Assembly (NCBI GenBank): GCA_030141605.1
Contig: JAQGDQ010000536.1
Span: forward strand, 85,216-149,215
Direction: 5' to 3'
Length of the DNA: 64,000 bases
Source of the DNA: Tubiluchus corallicola
Lineage: Eukaryota > Animalia > Priapulida
In this document: piece by piece, positions 41,016-55,328 of the stretch
Layout: every line of letters starts with the position of its first letter
Numbering within the stretch: position 1 is the stretch's first letter
The notes under the pieces: model-generated
Database searches by the model: none
Told to the model about the DNA's origin: nothing
The model's input: only the letters and a program-made list of their open reading frames with translations
Translations under genes and position numbers: made by a program

Positions 41016-41319
41016 ATATTAAACTTTGCATAACAGGACAAATCTGTAGACATCTAATTTTTCTGTTTCTAGTCACTTTTAGATTATACAGGTCGTTTTG
41101 TGTAAACTGGTGCTATTTGATTTTAGTTGTTCTTTTATGTTATTTTGTGGTGCAAAATCCGTGATTTATTGGTATATAAAAGTCTTATGAATGTAACAGC
41201 TATTTTTATTTACAAAAGTTTTTTAACCATAAGAAATACCCATACCCTGCAAATAGAGGGTCACTGTATGTATATTATGTAAATATTTGTAATTGTGTAT
41301 AATTTTAAATTTTAAATAA

Positions 41320-41552
<233 letters not shown>

Positions 41553-42262
41553 AGTGTGCCAGTGGTGCATCCTGGTATAATTTCCAATTCCTTAAGTCTT
41601 TCAAACGGGTAAGCGTAATGCAGAATAACATCTCCTTATATGGGAAGATTTTACGGATGCACTTTAAATTCTCATTTCTTCTCCTTTAATCAAAAGAAAT
41701 AAATCATCAGTGACACCTAACTAAATCGAGGTCACGTGTCTGGTGTACAGACCGCCAAGAACAGTACAGCCGTTGAAACTTACAATATTCATTACAATAT
41801 ACAACTTACAATATCCATTATATACAATCACATACCAACTGAAGTAATGCATAGATACAATGGAAGAGAAAAGTATCATTTAGTACAGCTGGATACACAG
41901 ATTCAATTTTAATTTTACCCTATGTAAATATGTAAATTTCACCTCTTTTGTTCATTTTTTAAAAATTTGCTTTTATAAATTTGTTTTTCTAGTTTAACAC
42001 TATTGCCTACAACAGTCTTTGACTGGTTATACATATAATATTTTTGTGTATTTTATCATACCTGTAAATGTGTATAACTTCTGCAATAAAGATTTTATAT
42101 ATATAGATGACAAGCCCTGCCCAACTTGACGACGGAACTTACATTGTCACAAACTCCCTCGCCGTAAGCGTTTACAGCATGTAAAAAAGTGAAAAATGTT
42201 TGGTACTAGTAAGTTTGCTACAGGTAAATTTGGTCCTAGCAGATACAGTGTGGGCATCCCGC

Positions 42263-42382
42263 AAGCCTACAGAACCTGGTATTCCTAGGCGATCACCCAT
42301 TCAAGTACTAACAAGGCTCCACGTTGCTTAACTTCGGTGATCAGACGAGAACCGGTGTTTTCAACGTGATATGGCTGTATTT
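42263..42382 (-). pseudogene. Solitary 5S rRNA copy, probably a pseudogene
   Basis: Reverse complement reads TACAGCCATATCACGTTGAAAACACCGGTTCTCGTCTGATCACCGAAGTTAAGCAACG...AGTACTTGAATGGGTGATCGCCTAGGAATACCAGGTTCTGTAGGCTT, i.e. metazoan 5S. The first three bases do not pair with the 3' end and there is no oligo-T terminator. Confidence 0.85.
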
Positions 42383-42675
42383 GGTAGTAGTAAGTTTGGA
42401 ACAAGTAAGTTTGGTCCTAGTAATTTTGGCACGTGGAAGTGTTGGTTCTGTTAGTTCTAAGTAAATGTCTGCTTTAACTGTAACATATTATATGAAATAT
42501 GATATAATATTTAGTAACATAAAATAGTAACAGATGGCTCTGATAGACCGATTCATGTTTTTTTAAGCTAAGACAGTAATATTGAGCTGAGTATTGCGAA
42601 CTTTAGCTTGTTATTTAGCATTGTTAAGACAATATACATGCAATGAGAAAAACTGGTATAATAAATAAATAAATG

Positions 42676-42706
<31 letters not shown>

Positions 42707-42761
42707 AAATAAACAAATAAATAAATAAACAAATAATTAAATAAACATATAAATAAATGAA

Positions 42762-42816
<55 letters not shown>

Positions 42817-44099
42817 AGCACCCGGAACATTTGCTACTAGGAATCTTTGGTACAGGGAAATTTTAGCACTGAGAAAATTGAATACAGGCGAAAACATTCA
42901 TACTGGTAAAATTTAACACAGTACTGACGAAGTCTTGTCAAGCGTTTTTGATACAAATTAATCTGGTAGAGGGTAAAAATAGTACGGAACAGGTTTGGAA
43001 CTAAAAAGTACTGGAAAAGTTTAGATGGTACTAGGAAAATGTGTTAGAAAGAAAATGTGGTACAAGGAAAGTTTGGTACTGTGAAAATATCTTTCATAAA
43101 GCTATAAAATTAGTATACATCTAAGATCATACTAGACAGTATAAATATAGACGAATAAACAGTATATAAATGAACAGTCTAAAGATTTTCATAAGCAATT
43201 AGGGTTTAAAAAACATAAGCTAATTACTCCAGAGAAACCGTGAATAACAATTAAGAGATTTGCAAATACTGGATATTCAAACTTAATTAATGCAATAGTA
43301 GCAGTTGGCAATGTCTTGTAAATAGCACAAAAGCTTTAATTAAAAAGTGGGAAACTATAATGGGACAGACAGCTTTTTAGTCATTTGAAGGTTTCCGCTC
43401 TTGTTATCTACCTAGCTAGGTGAAGATTTCCGCTTTTGTTATCTACCTAGCTAAGACAGAATTTTCAGTATTGAATTAATTTGCATTGATTTAGAACGGA
43501 AGTGGTGCTGACAAGCCACTGGCGTAGCAGTGTCTAGTTTTTTTGCTGGATTACTGCTGCGTTTACCTGTCTGAAGGCAGATTTCTTTTATTTTACATTT
43601 CTGTCTGCCCAATGTCTACAATAGACGTGACGGGGGTATGATGATGATGATGATGATGATTTTTCAGCGGCAGATTTATTTGAGTTTTTAGGTTTGGAGA
43701 AACTGATAAATCTGATTTTTCCAGGCACCATACCTTCCGCACAGCCCAGCTGCTGTCTAACCCCCACCGGGCGACATTTTGCACTCATGTAATAACGACA
43801 TTATGACAGCTGGACGGAAAATAATTTTTGTTTTCGCCAAACTTACTAAACTGTTTTCCATGTCACTCCCGGAGCAATAACTGCTCGCTAATAAAATTTC
43901 TGGAACATTAATGGTTGTTAACTCTAGCTTGATCAAAATGGAGTTCATTTGACACGCGAATCCTGTAAATTGCAAAGGAAAACAGGAAAGTAAATATCTA
44001 AAGTAAAACCGGACTTAATCTTACACAGTGGATCAATACAATTTACTTTTTAAAATATTGAAACGAAACATATTATTTTTCCAAAAATGACTTACTCAA

Positions 44100-44611
44100 A
44101 AGAATTATTACCACATAAATGCAATTTCACGTTCGCGCCACTAGTTCTTCGCTGTTACATGTATTTCGCCATTCGCTAGTTAAACGCTCCCTAGTGCCTG
44201 CATTTCTGAAACGCATTGTACAAAAACAGGTGTTGTACCTCTCAGTTCGGATGTGTTAGTTTGTGACGAACTACAGCTCCTCCGTGACTATAGCGATAAG
44301 TTTGAAATTTGAATTTTTATCTTAAAACTTGCCTAGTTTTGGTACAACACACTGAATATCTTACAGTAGCACTGCACTTCAATTTTCGCTTTCGCAAACA
44401 CGTGTAACACGCAGGTGGAATATTTTTGTTGTTGAAAATTATGTCAGTTTGTGACGTCATCAATAGCTGGGCTCGCCCGCCGGTAATTAAGATTTTAACC
44501 CATTGTTTAAATATCAGAAACGCTTTTGCAGTATTAATTGTGTTAAAATGCATACTTTTTATCGTACTTGAAAATGGGGTAATATATAAAAATCACCCTG
44601 TCTTCCTTTAA
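44100..44611. mobile_element. Dispersed repeat family 3; an inverted copy lies at about 18000-18467
   Basis: 44107-44240 is the reverse complement of about 18235-18360. Both regions finish in ttcctttaa-type ends. Confidence 0.6.
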
Positions 44612-44674
44612 CGAGCTTTAGGTTTTGAATAAAGTCCCGTTGTGTTTTTTCCTCGCAATACGTTGGAGAAAGTT

Positions 44675-45286
44675 CGAATACAGGTAAAAGAGTCACAGGT
44701 AAAAAAGTCACGAGTAAAAACTTACAGAAAAAGTCACAGGAAAAAAGTCACAGAAACGAAACACAGGAAAAAAGAAATGACAATAATGCTAACCTAACCC
44801 TTAACCAGAACCCGAACCCCTAAACCGAAACTTGATCATAACCCTAACACTAACCAGTAACCTTAACCCTAACCCTATACCCTAACCCATAACCCCTAAC
44901 CCCAAGCCATAACCCTAACTTGTAACCCTTAACCATAATCTTAACCCGTAACCCTGAACAATTACCCTAACCTCTAACCCTTAACCTTAACCTTAACCCT
45001 AACCCCAAGCCATAACCCTAACTTGTAACCCTTCCTAACACCTAACCCTTAACCATAACTCTAACCCCTAACGCTTAACCTTAACCCTAACACCTAACCC
45101 TTAATCATAATCCTAACCCCTAACCCTTAACCCTAACCCTAACCACTAACGCTAACACTAACCAGAAACCTTAACCCTAACCATAGCCAAAATTAATTGT
45201 GGTATTTTTCCTGCGACTTATCTTCCCAAGTCAGAATTGTGATTTTTCCGTGACTTTTTTACCTGTGACTTTGTTACCGGTCACCG
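44675..45286. mobile_element. MITE with inverted subterminal repeats and an internal degenerate (TAACCC)n tract
   Basis: Left CGAATACAGGTAAAAGAGTCACAGGTAAAAAAGTCAC, right GTGACTTTTTTACCTGTGACTTTGTTACCGGTCACCG. Direct repeat AAAGTT on both sides. Confidence 0.8.
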
Positions 45287-45819
45287 AAAGTTCATCATTC
45301 TACAGCAAGTCTCATGAACTCGAACATTCACATTTGAACACTTACATAATCATTCAAGTACAGTAGGTTAAGTAGTTCGCCTCAATGCAAATTTCAGACC
45401 TGACAATGAGAGTTCACTTTTTAAAAAAATTAAATGCCATATCTTGGACATAGAATCATTACATCATTACATCATTACATCATTACATCATTATATCATT
45501 ACATCATTATATCATCACCTTCCATCATTTCGCGTTCAGCTTATAGCCCCTATCGTTTTCACCATAATTGTGTATTAAGAGGAGGCATTTTGTTTTATTT
45601 TGCCATGAAAGTAATGTTTACAAAATAGTTTTAGCAAAGCTCATTACATCAGTGTTGTTGCTCCTACATCAGACGATGGAATGTTCCATATCAACCTCAC
45701 ATTTATAACAGAACCTTAACATAGTGTAGCAAACACACGACTTGGTCTCTAATTCAACTTACAATGATACAACTGAAAAATTTATGGAAAGTTTAACATG
45801 TGTGTTTATCTCCAACTCA

Positions 45820-46190
<371 letters not shown>

Positions 46191-46908
46191 TGTGCGTACG
46201 TGCAACACTTTCAACCGAAAGTTCAACATTCTACAGCAAATCTTTCTTTCATATATTCATACGTTCGCATTTCAACACTTACATAGTAGGTTAAGTAATT
46301 CTCCTCAATGCAAATTCCAGATCTGACGATGATAATGCAAATTCTTAAAAAAAATATTCAGTCATTCCTGATGAAGGAAGTAAAGATCTAGTTCGTGATA
46401 ACATAACGCTATGCCATTGTTATACTCCATTTATATGCCATTTAAAGTGAAAATTATTTCATTTGATACCATTATGTATGTAGGTGTTAAGAGAGACAGA
46501 CGTAGTTATAATCGCTAATTGTTTTGTTGGTTCTTACATGTACAACCATCATACATGCTGTTTGTAAACTAAATCGTATAATTAAAATATAATTATATTA
46601 ATTGTTCAGCATATAAAATAATTATTATTTAAACCTTTAAATACCTAGAAGTATGCACATGGAATCGTTGACATGCGTTAAGAGATAATGTGTATGTACT
46701 TTTGAGAGGTAAGCCTTTTTTGCTTTGTTGTAGAGTTTAGAGGTTTTCAGGAGAAAGAACAAGCAGAAGTTTGGTAAATAACCCCTTAACTTAGCTGCAA
46801 CCACAACATAGCAAATTTTGTAACACTCTTTATTAAGAAATCAACGTTCCTACTGCACACTACCTGGATATGAGTGCTACAGTGCAGTGGAAACGTTGAT
46901 TTTCTTAA

Positions 46909-47454
46909 AGGAATACCGGACGATTGTTTAGACTCAATCTCATTTTAATTTACTGTCCAAAATATACATTTTCTTGCTTATAAAACTTGGCAATTGTTTC
47001 TTATATTTGAATAATTTGCTTAGAAAGTTAATTAACGGCAACCGAACACAGCTATTGCTTACGTCAGAAACGAACCACAGTTTGCGCAATGGCAGGCATC
47101 TTCCCTTGCGCGTCAAGCACGTTTGCATAGGTGTTACAGTACTGCTTAAACGCGTGATGTCACGAAAAATGGGCTTTACATCATATAACGTCAGAAACTA
47201 ACACTGCCGTTCATGATCATGCTTATCACGGTACCGCCTTCTATTTGTCGGCCAAGCGCACGTGACAGAAAAGCGCCGTTGCCAATCTTAGTAGATTCAC
47301 TGAGTCGCGCGTAGCTTTTAAAGTTTAACAAAATTTGAGTATCCGAGGTAATTATTATTTAATCTAAGCCTTGATAAAAAAGCTTTTGTAGTTTTCAATA
47401 TTTTAGAGCATTCTTTATTCTGAACTAATGTTTACACAATCATCTGGTTTTCTT
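46909..47454. mobile_element. MITE family 1, full copy
   Basis: ttaa|AGGAATACCGGACGATTG ... CAATCATCTGGTTTTCTT|ttaa. Colinear with 18472-19008. Confidence 0.85.
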
Positions 47455-47691
47455 TTAACTAAAATGCTATAAAGTTTGTTATATTGTGAAATATTTACCA
47501 ACCAATATTCAAATTAAATATAGTTGCCACATTAATGCAACAGGTCTAATCTTATATCGAGAAAGTTTCAATATTTACTTGCTTTTTGTCCATCTACCTT
47601 TAGTCTTGCAAGCGGCAGCAGTAGAAGTAGCAGTAGCAGTAGCAGTAGCAGTAGCAGTAGCAGTAGCAGTAGCAGTAGCAGTAGCAGTAGC

Positions 47692-47767
<76 letters not shown>

Positions 47768-49420
47768 ATAGTAGTAGTAGTATCTTTAGTCTTGCAAGCG
47801 GCAGCTGTCTATTGTAATGCGAAATATTTTCGTAAAGTCAGTGACCTTGGGAAAGAAAAGTTCAAGGTCAAGACTAACAAATCAGTTCAAGAACTGTGAC
47901 GGTTATGAACCTGGTAACGTTATATAGTTAATAGTTAATGTTATATAGTTATCTTGTTATTAGATAACACAGAAGATTGCATGTAATTTTCAAATTTGCC
48001 GACGTTTTTCTGTTATCTCGCGTATACGATTTTAATTCAGCGCAGGTGATCGATTATCGACCTCATCATCAATTTGGTCAATCAATAAACTGCGCCAAAA
48101 TTACTACGTTCGCAACTGCTGATGCCAGAATTGATATTAAATTTTAAACAGTTTCTATGCCGTGCCAACCACTGTCATACTATCTTAACTTTAGAAAAAT
48201 TAGACGACAGAATATTTACGTAACTAGAAAGTACCAAGTGGCAACGAATAAAAGATGCTTGGTTGATATTTGGCATTTTGACCTCCATTGAATACTTTAC
48301 CAAAGTATTTCAGTTAAACAGTTGACACACGAATTGAGCGAAATTGCAAAACGATGATTCATTTTATTCTAAGTTTGTATTTAAGTTATTGATAAACATT
48401 ATTTACTTTATATTACAAAAATGATTTTGTGTACGATTACATACGTTGGCCAGATGCTTACATTTTTACAGTTGAAGAACTGTAGTGCAACAAATTACAA
48501 ACGTTAACATAAAAACACCGAAAATTTCTACCAGATGTCGCTAGCATCCACACCATTAATACGCCAAAACAACTCTTAAAAATAATAAACAAATACTATG
48601 TGTAATGCTTGCGTATTATTGATTATAATCACTATTACTCTGCAAAATATTTTCACCAGACTTTCGTAATTGATAACTAACTTGCTTAAAACTTTTGGTT
48701 GAATACGATTCGAGGGCATTTTAGCTGACAATTAACCATAATTATAAATTTCCTTAATTGTTATTCTACTACATAATACTTTTCGTGTTACAATTTCTGA
48801 AGAGGCTTTACTAGCAACTCTATTTCAAGCAGACCAAACTTTTGGGACGCCCTTCCATTTTTAATAATGCTTTTATTGCTGTTAATAAATTACACGACAA
48901 TGCACGTAATGTGCACTATGGTTGACTTGAATTTCAGAACCTATTATACCCACGTGACTGTATTAGCAAAGAGAGCGTAACGTTTGATTATCACTGTCAG
49001 GCTTTGGTGGGACTTGCGTTTATAGTTGCAGTGCAGTAAGTTTAATAACAAACCATCAATAAATCACCACTGTCATGTTAATTACTCATTTGATTTAAAT
49101 TAAATTTTTCCTAGAAACTGAGCTGTCGCAGACAGTGCACCCTGAGCTCGCTTACTGTATGTCGGTAATGCATTGTAATAGTTGTGGAGTTTTGAATATG
49201 AATTTTCCATTTTAAAATTTTGCATGAACTAGATAAAACATGAAAATTCTGACTCAAATTAGTTTCATGGAAATTCGCTAACCAGTAAAAAAGAGTTACA
49301 CGTGGGATTATTGCACGTAACACAAAGTTCGCTATTAGTGCCAGAACACAACAATACAGCTATTCAACCAATGTAACTTAGAAATCAGCCACAAATGAGT
49401 GCTATAAGAGTAGGACAGAC

Positions 49421-49954
49421 TAGAATAGAATAGAATAGAATAGAATAGAATAGAATAGAATAGAATAGAATAGAATAGAATAGAATAGAATAGAATAGAA
49501 TAGATAGATAGATAGACAGACAGGTAGGTAGGTAGGTAGGTAGGTAGGTAGGTAGGTAGGTAGGTAGGTAGGTAGGTAGGTAGGTAGGTAGGTAGGTAGG
49601 TAGGTAGATAGGTAGGTAGGTAGGTAGGTAGGTAGGTAGGTAGGTAGGTAGGTAGGTAGATAGGTAGGTAGGTAGGTAGGTAGGTAGATAGGTAGGTAGG
49701 TAGGTAGATAGGTAGGTAGGTAGGTAGGTAGGTAGGTAGGTAGGTAGGTAGGTAGGTAAGTAGGTAGGTAGGTAGGTAGGTAGGTAGGTAGGTAGGTAGG
49801 TAGGTAGGTGGATGGATGGATGGATGGATGGATGGATGGATGGGTGGGTGGGTGGATGGATGGATGGATGGATGGACGGACGGACGGACGGACGGACGGA
49901 CGGACGGACGGACGGACGGACGGACGGACGGACGGACGGACGGACGGACGGACG

Positions 49955-49990
<36 letters not shown>

Positions 49991-50000
49991 TAGACAGATG
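49421..50000. repeat. Compound AGAAT/GATA/GGTA/GGAT/GGAC/GACA microsatellite
   Basis: Direct inspection. Confidence 0.95.
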
Positions 50001-51027
50001 GATTTTCGTCTCATCTATAAAACATTCAGATAAAGATAACGCAACTGCAGGAAATGGAAGCTCAACTTTGAACATTAAGAAAACAAATTTCACTCAATTA
50101 AAATAAAACCAAAAAAACAGAAAAAGAAACACAATGCGAATATAGATGTACTAAGACTAGGAAGTGAATTGTGCGTCACAAAAAGCACAGAGTTTTGTTC
50201 TTACGCAGAAAACCAAATTAAATGTTGTCAAAGATCTCCATAATAAAAATTCCCTTTAGGACGAGATTCAGGAATAACACCTTGAGTAATTCAAAACTTA
50301 TTTCCAAGGTGGCAACGAATATTATTACCCGCATGTTACTTCGATAAACCAGCGAGCTTGGACGAAGAAGCACGAGCGGTACCATTTTTTAAGCCTTTGC
50401 CTGAAGTTGAACCCGCGACCTCCAGGGTGGAAAATCGAGCACGCCATCATTGAACGAAGAAAAAACTAACAAAATTCTATTGATCAGAACTTTGCATGTC
50501 GTGTCACGGAATTCACATTGAGAGAAATTTCCGTGCGTAGTTCTCGGTGTGATCCGGTTTATATTAAAACTACACGATTCGAGTTCAAGTTCAAACGTCT
50601 GACAAGACAAGGTCACCGGCCTGCTGAACAAATTGAGTGTAGAGATTTCGGCGAAGGCCAAGCTTCAGAGCAGCACCAGTTGGTTCTAATTACGTCAACA
50701 AATCCTTGCACTTTCACTCCTTCGTAACAGACAGGTTCATGGGAGATTGATCCGCACAGAAAGCTTTCGTACTAAACAAAATGGCTGTTATTTTCTTAAA
50801 GAGATTTAAAATGAACTAAGATGTTTGTGATGTCAATCTTTAGAAAGGTCACGGCAAAGTGAAGCGAACGCTTCGATTTCAAATTACAAATTTTTTGCTT
50901 AAACTGAAAAATGTTGTGGTGAAATTGATCTTCAGCTATTTGGCTGCAGAAAAGTAAACGCAGTTGGCAAAAAAAATGATCTACTGTGAAGTAAAAAACA
51001 CCATTTTCACAGCCGTTTCAACCTCCA

Positions 51028-51595
51028 CAGCAGTAGCACAAGCAGCAGCAGCAGCAGCACCAGTAGTAGCAGCAGCAGCAACAGTAGTAGTAGTAGTAGC
51101 AGCAGCAACAGCAACAGCAGTAGAAGTAGTAGCAGCAGCAGTAGTAGTAGTAGCAGTAGCAGTAGTAGTAGTAGCAGCAGCAGTAGTAGTAGTAGCAGTA
51201 GCAGTAGCAGCAACAGTAGTAGTAGCAGCAGCAGCAGCAGCAACAGTAGTAGTAGTAGTAGTAGTAGCAACAGTAGTAGTAGTAATAGCAGCAGCAACAG
51301 TAGTAGTAGCAGCAGTAGTAGTAGTAGCAGCAGTAGCAGTAGCAGCAACAGTAGTAGTAGTAGCAGCAGCAGTAGTAGTAGTAGCAGTAGCAGTAGTAGT
51401 AGTAGCAGCAGCAGTAGTAGTAGTAGCAGTAGCAGTAGCAGCAACAGTAGTAGTAGCAGCAGCAGCAACAGCAGCCGCAACAGTAGTAGTAGTAGCAGCA
51501 GCAGCAGCAACAGTAGTAGTAGTAGTAGTAGTAGCAACAGTAGTAGTAGTAATAGCAGCAGCAACAGTAGCAGCAGCAGCAACAGCAGTAGTAGT
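51028..51595. repeat. Mixed GTA/GCA/ACA triplet repeat
   Basis: Direct inspection. Confidence 0.95.
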
Positions 51596-52539
51596 TGTTT
51601 GACATAAATTTAATGTTTACAATCTTTAGCAGGGTAGCAGAATAGAAACATTCCATAATCCAAAATTTTCTACTTAACAGAAAGCGGCAACATTATACAA
51701 AGGTTAAAAAAATAACAATAAGAAATTTTCATTTAGTATCAGAAAAAATATGATAATGACTGAGCTGAGCTTACGGAATTTTATAGAACTGTAACACTTC
51801 ATTACGGTTCTTGCAAAAACTGGTGTATTTTCTTATTCATAAGATTTTAAAACATTAAAACACATCTCAAATAAAAAACTGTTATTCATAATTGACGTTA
51901 AAGATGTAAAGTCAAGATTGCTGAACCTTCTTCTAGTTTCAGCTGTTGAATGACAGTCCATCAAAACGTGATTTTTAGTTTGAATTTCTCCACAGTTCAG
52001 GGTCTCTGCTTTCTAACGACATTACGAATAATAGTGCTTAATATTTGCTACAGCCAGTTTGGCTGTGAAGTAGAAATTTGCACCATTTAAAAATAGACCA
52101 ATTAGTCACATATTGTGCATTCAGAAGTGATTAAATTAATTCCCTTTGATTTAAACATGACTGTGATATCTTGAATGTATATAATATATTGTAACTCTTT
52201 ATTTCGAATCAAGGATACAGTACATCATAAAAAGGCTACAATAAAATTACAATACATTGAAATTCACATCTAAAATAAATTACAATATGTACAAGTTTTT
52301 TTATTTCACAGAAGGTTTCTGGTATTTAGGTCCTTAACAAAATTCATTTACTACTACAAGTTTCACATTAATACAAGACGATTTCAGCGATGTCTTATAT
52401 TTCGTACTGATTAATTGACCCGCCTTATTAATTTCATAGAGGACTCTAACAATATAGCTTTCATTGCAAGACGTAAGACTTTGATAGAATGTAAATTCTC
52501 TTAAATCAGATGTGTTAACGAGAGAATAATATGTAACAT

Positions 52540-52562
52540 ATTATTATTATTATTATTATTAA

Positions 52563-52604
<42 letters not shown>

Positions 52605-52621
52605 TACTATTATTATTGTTA

Positions 52622-52688
<67 letters not shown>

Positions 52689-52711
52689 TACTACTATTAT
52701 TATTATTGTTA

Positions 52712-52775
<64 letters not shown>

Positions 52776-52780
52776 TACTA

Positions 52781-52821
<41 letters not shown>
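52540..52821. repeat. (TTA)n microsatellite
   Basis: Direct inspection. Confidence 0.95.
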
Positions 52822-55328
52822 TCATATTATGTAACGCATCGGCTTACACAAGCAACGATCATTAAGACATCCTTTTACTTAGCATAGGCTAGTCAGTGAA
52901 CTAGATCAGTTGTTTTGCCATGCAATGCGTAAGCAGTAATTTCAATGTCAGTAACTGCAGTTTCACGACTTCGCCATTCTACAAGGATGAATTCAATTTA
53001 AATTGGGCGGAAGAAAGATTGCATTTCCAAAAACTCAAAAACCAACTAATCACTTACCAGGTATACAGCAAATAAATGTTGAGTGTTTTTTATTTCACCA
53101 AAAACAGGAGTTTAAAGTGCGTTCCGTCGAAAACTTACCCGCGTAACAAATTCCTGGGGTGCAACAAAAGCAAAGAGGCGTCAGCGATCTAGGTGCGCCT
53201 CGGGGTTTACCAATAATGTTAAGGACAAGTCAGAGCCTCATTTAATGACAGAATGACAACAGAGAGAGAGAGAGAAGTAGGTTACTTATACCTAAATATA
53301 TGAAAGGAGTCAAAACTTGCGTAGCGAAAGTTTGGTGGTTTTGATCATGTGATAAACGAGTTTACTTGCACGTGGATAGAAATATAGCAATACGTGTAAT
53401 AAGTACAGAAAAAGGTGACGTATATTTCTACTTGCAAGTCTCAACATGCAGTGATTGTGCAATTTCTGTGGTGACAAAGAGAACTGGAAGAGAAAAATTC
53501 TGTGTTTTTTTCGGGTGGTGCACGTCGCGAAAACTGTTGTCCAATAAGAAATCTTTTCCTTGTGATTGGCTCGACTGGGTTTTAATTACCTTTTGATTGG
53601 AATGTATTACGTACGAAGGCAAAGCTGAGTTGGTAGTTCATTTTTGTTCTGTTGAACGAGAAGACGCGTGTTCAAACGCATGTCTGTTCACGTTTATTTA
53701 GCAAATATTTTTTCCTCTTTATAACCGGCTTGTCAAACTAACACGCTAAAAATTAAGTCAGTGGATCCATGATTATAACTCTATATATTGTACGAGAATG
53801 CAACCTATAACGTTTTCAATTTTCTGTCAATAGATGGCACCACGTGTTTTATATAAAGCATCGTTTTGGACTTTGGTGACACTCTTTACAAAAAAAAATG
53901 TTCATCTAAAAATGCAGATGCATTTTCTGATTTAATTTGTCACAATTGAGATTTAACAATTAATTTTTAATCAATTAAAGAATTAACTTTGTTACTAATT
54001 TTTCAGCAATTTTGGTCAAATTAAATGTTATTAATTCTGGCTTGTTTAAAATCAATTGTAATTGTTATAGTCAGATGTACGCTTAACTGTTCTTACGTTT
54101 AACATGTTTAAGTTACTATTATCTTCGCCAAGATAGTTCTTTTTAAAATGTTCAGTAAATAAAAATTATGAATTCGCTTTTTGGTATTTTTCACGCAGAT
54201 TTTGTCTTTGATAGGCAACTGTTGCAGTCTTTGTACGTTATACCTCTTACAATAATTACAACAATTATTTGTCTTTAGAAGATATATGAAATCTCTTCTG
54301 CTCAAATCTTACTTATAATATAGTTTGGGTTTTTCCGTGAAGAGCGATGGTTACAGTACATTCCATGGCCGGTTAATTTACAGTTTATATTTTCATACAT
54401 TTGCATCACGTCTCTGCTGAAGTCGTTTTCTATTTCATTTCTTTTCTCTTTTTCTCTATCTTTGTCTATTATTTTATCTTAACTATTCCCTGTTTTTCTA
54501 TAATTCTTTCTCTTGTAAATTAAGTCGTTTTTTCTTCAATTTTCATGGTGGTCTAACAAGCTTTGCTTCTTGACCACCATGCAGCATCTACTTCTTGTTG
54601 ACAAACTATTATATAGTTTAGTAAAACTATGTTAATATACTTCTGTTAAATTTTTTTAATTATATTTGGAATTTTTTCCCTAACTATACCACGCTATAGT
54701 ATGCTAATGTAGTTCTGTTACAATTATTATAACTATATTTCATTTTCCTTGTTATAGGGCATGGTAGTTATAAAGATAATAACGCAAATTCAATGTAAAA
54801 ATACATGCTGAATTGATAATAAATTACAAATTACAAAATTACAAATTACAGACAGAAAGTTTCTGTTTTGGATTAGGCTAGCCTACTGAGTGCCATATCC
54901 TGACTTATTGGTGAAAAATTCAAGCGTGGGTCTTTTACGTGTTTCTCGGGATTAATTTCTGAGGAATAACTGTCTACCGGACCTATCCTACACACTGTCA
55001 CCTTCTGGCACGAGGTGCAAGGATTCCTAGGCAGTGTTCTGTTCACTTTCTAGTCTAGCACCTTTCTGAGCCGAAAACGTCAGTTACTGCCGTGATAGAC
55101 AATCTAGGTGTAATAAATACTGTACTTTCTTTTTTAAATTATGATTGAAATTATTAGAATCTGCTCCTCTTATTACAACGAACGTGTATAAATAATTAAG
55201 ATAATCTAGTTCCTTTGACCTAATTTTCGCGTATTAATGATGTTATTAAGTGTTAGATATTCTTTAATAACATATTTTCTTAATACTACGGTTTATAGGA
55301 TACCAAGAAAGTATATAATCAATAGAAG

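Noticed and set aside
43588-43800. THAP-like ORF (RFISFSKPK, YCRHW)
   Set aside because: Resemblance is faint and the ORF is interrupted by a triplet repeat; at best a transposon relic.
50389-50727. Overlapping ORFs with higher GC
   Set aside because: No splice or motif support; possibly a decayed LTR-retrotransposon gag fragment, not supportable.
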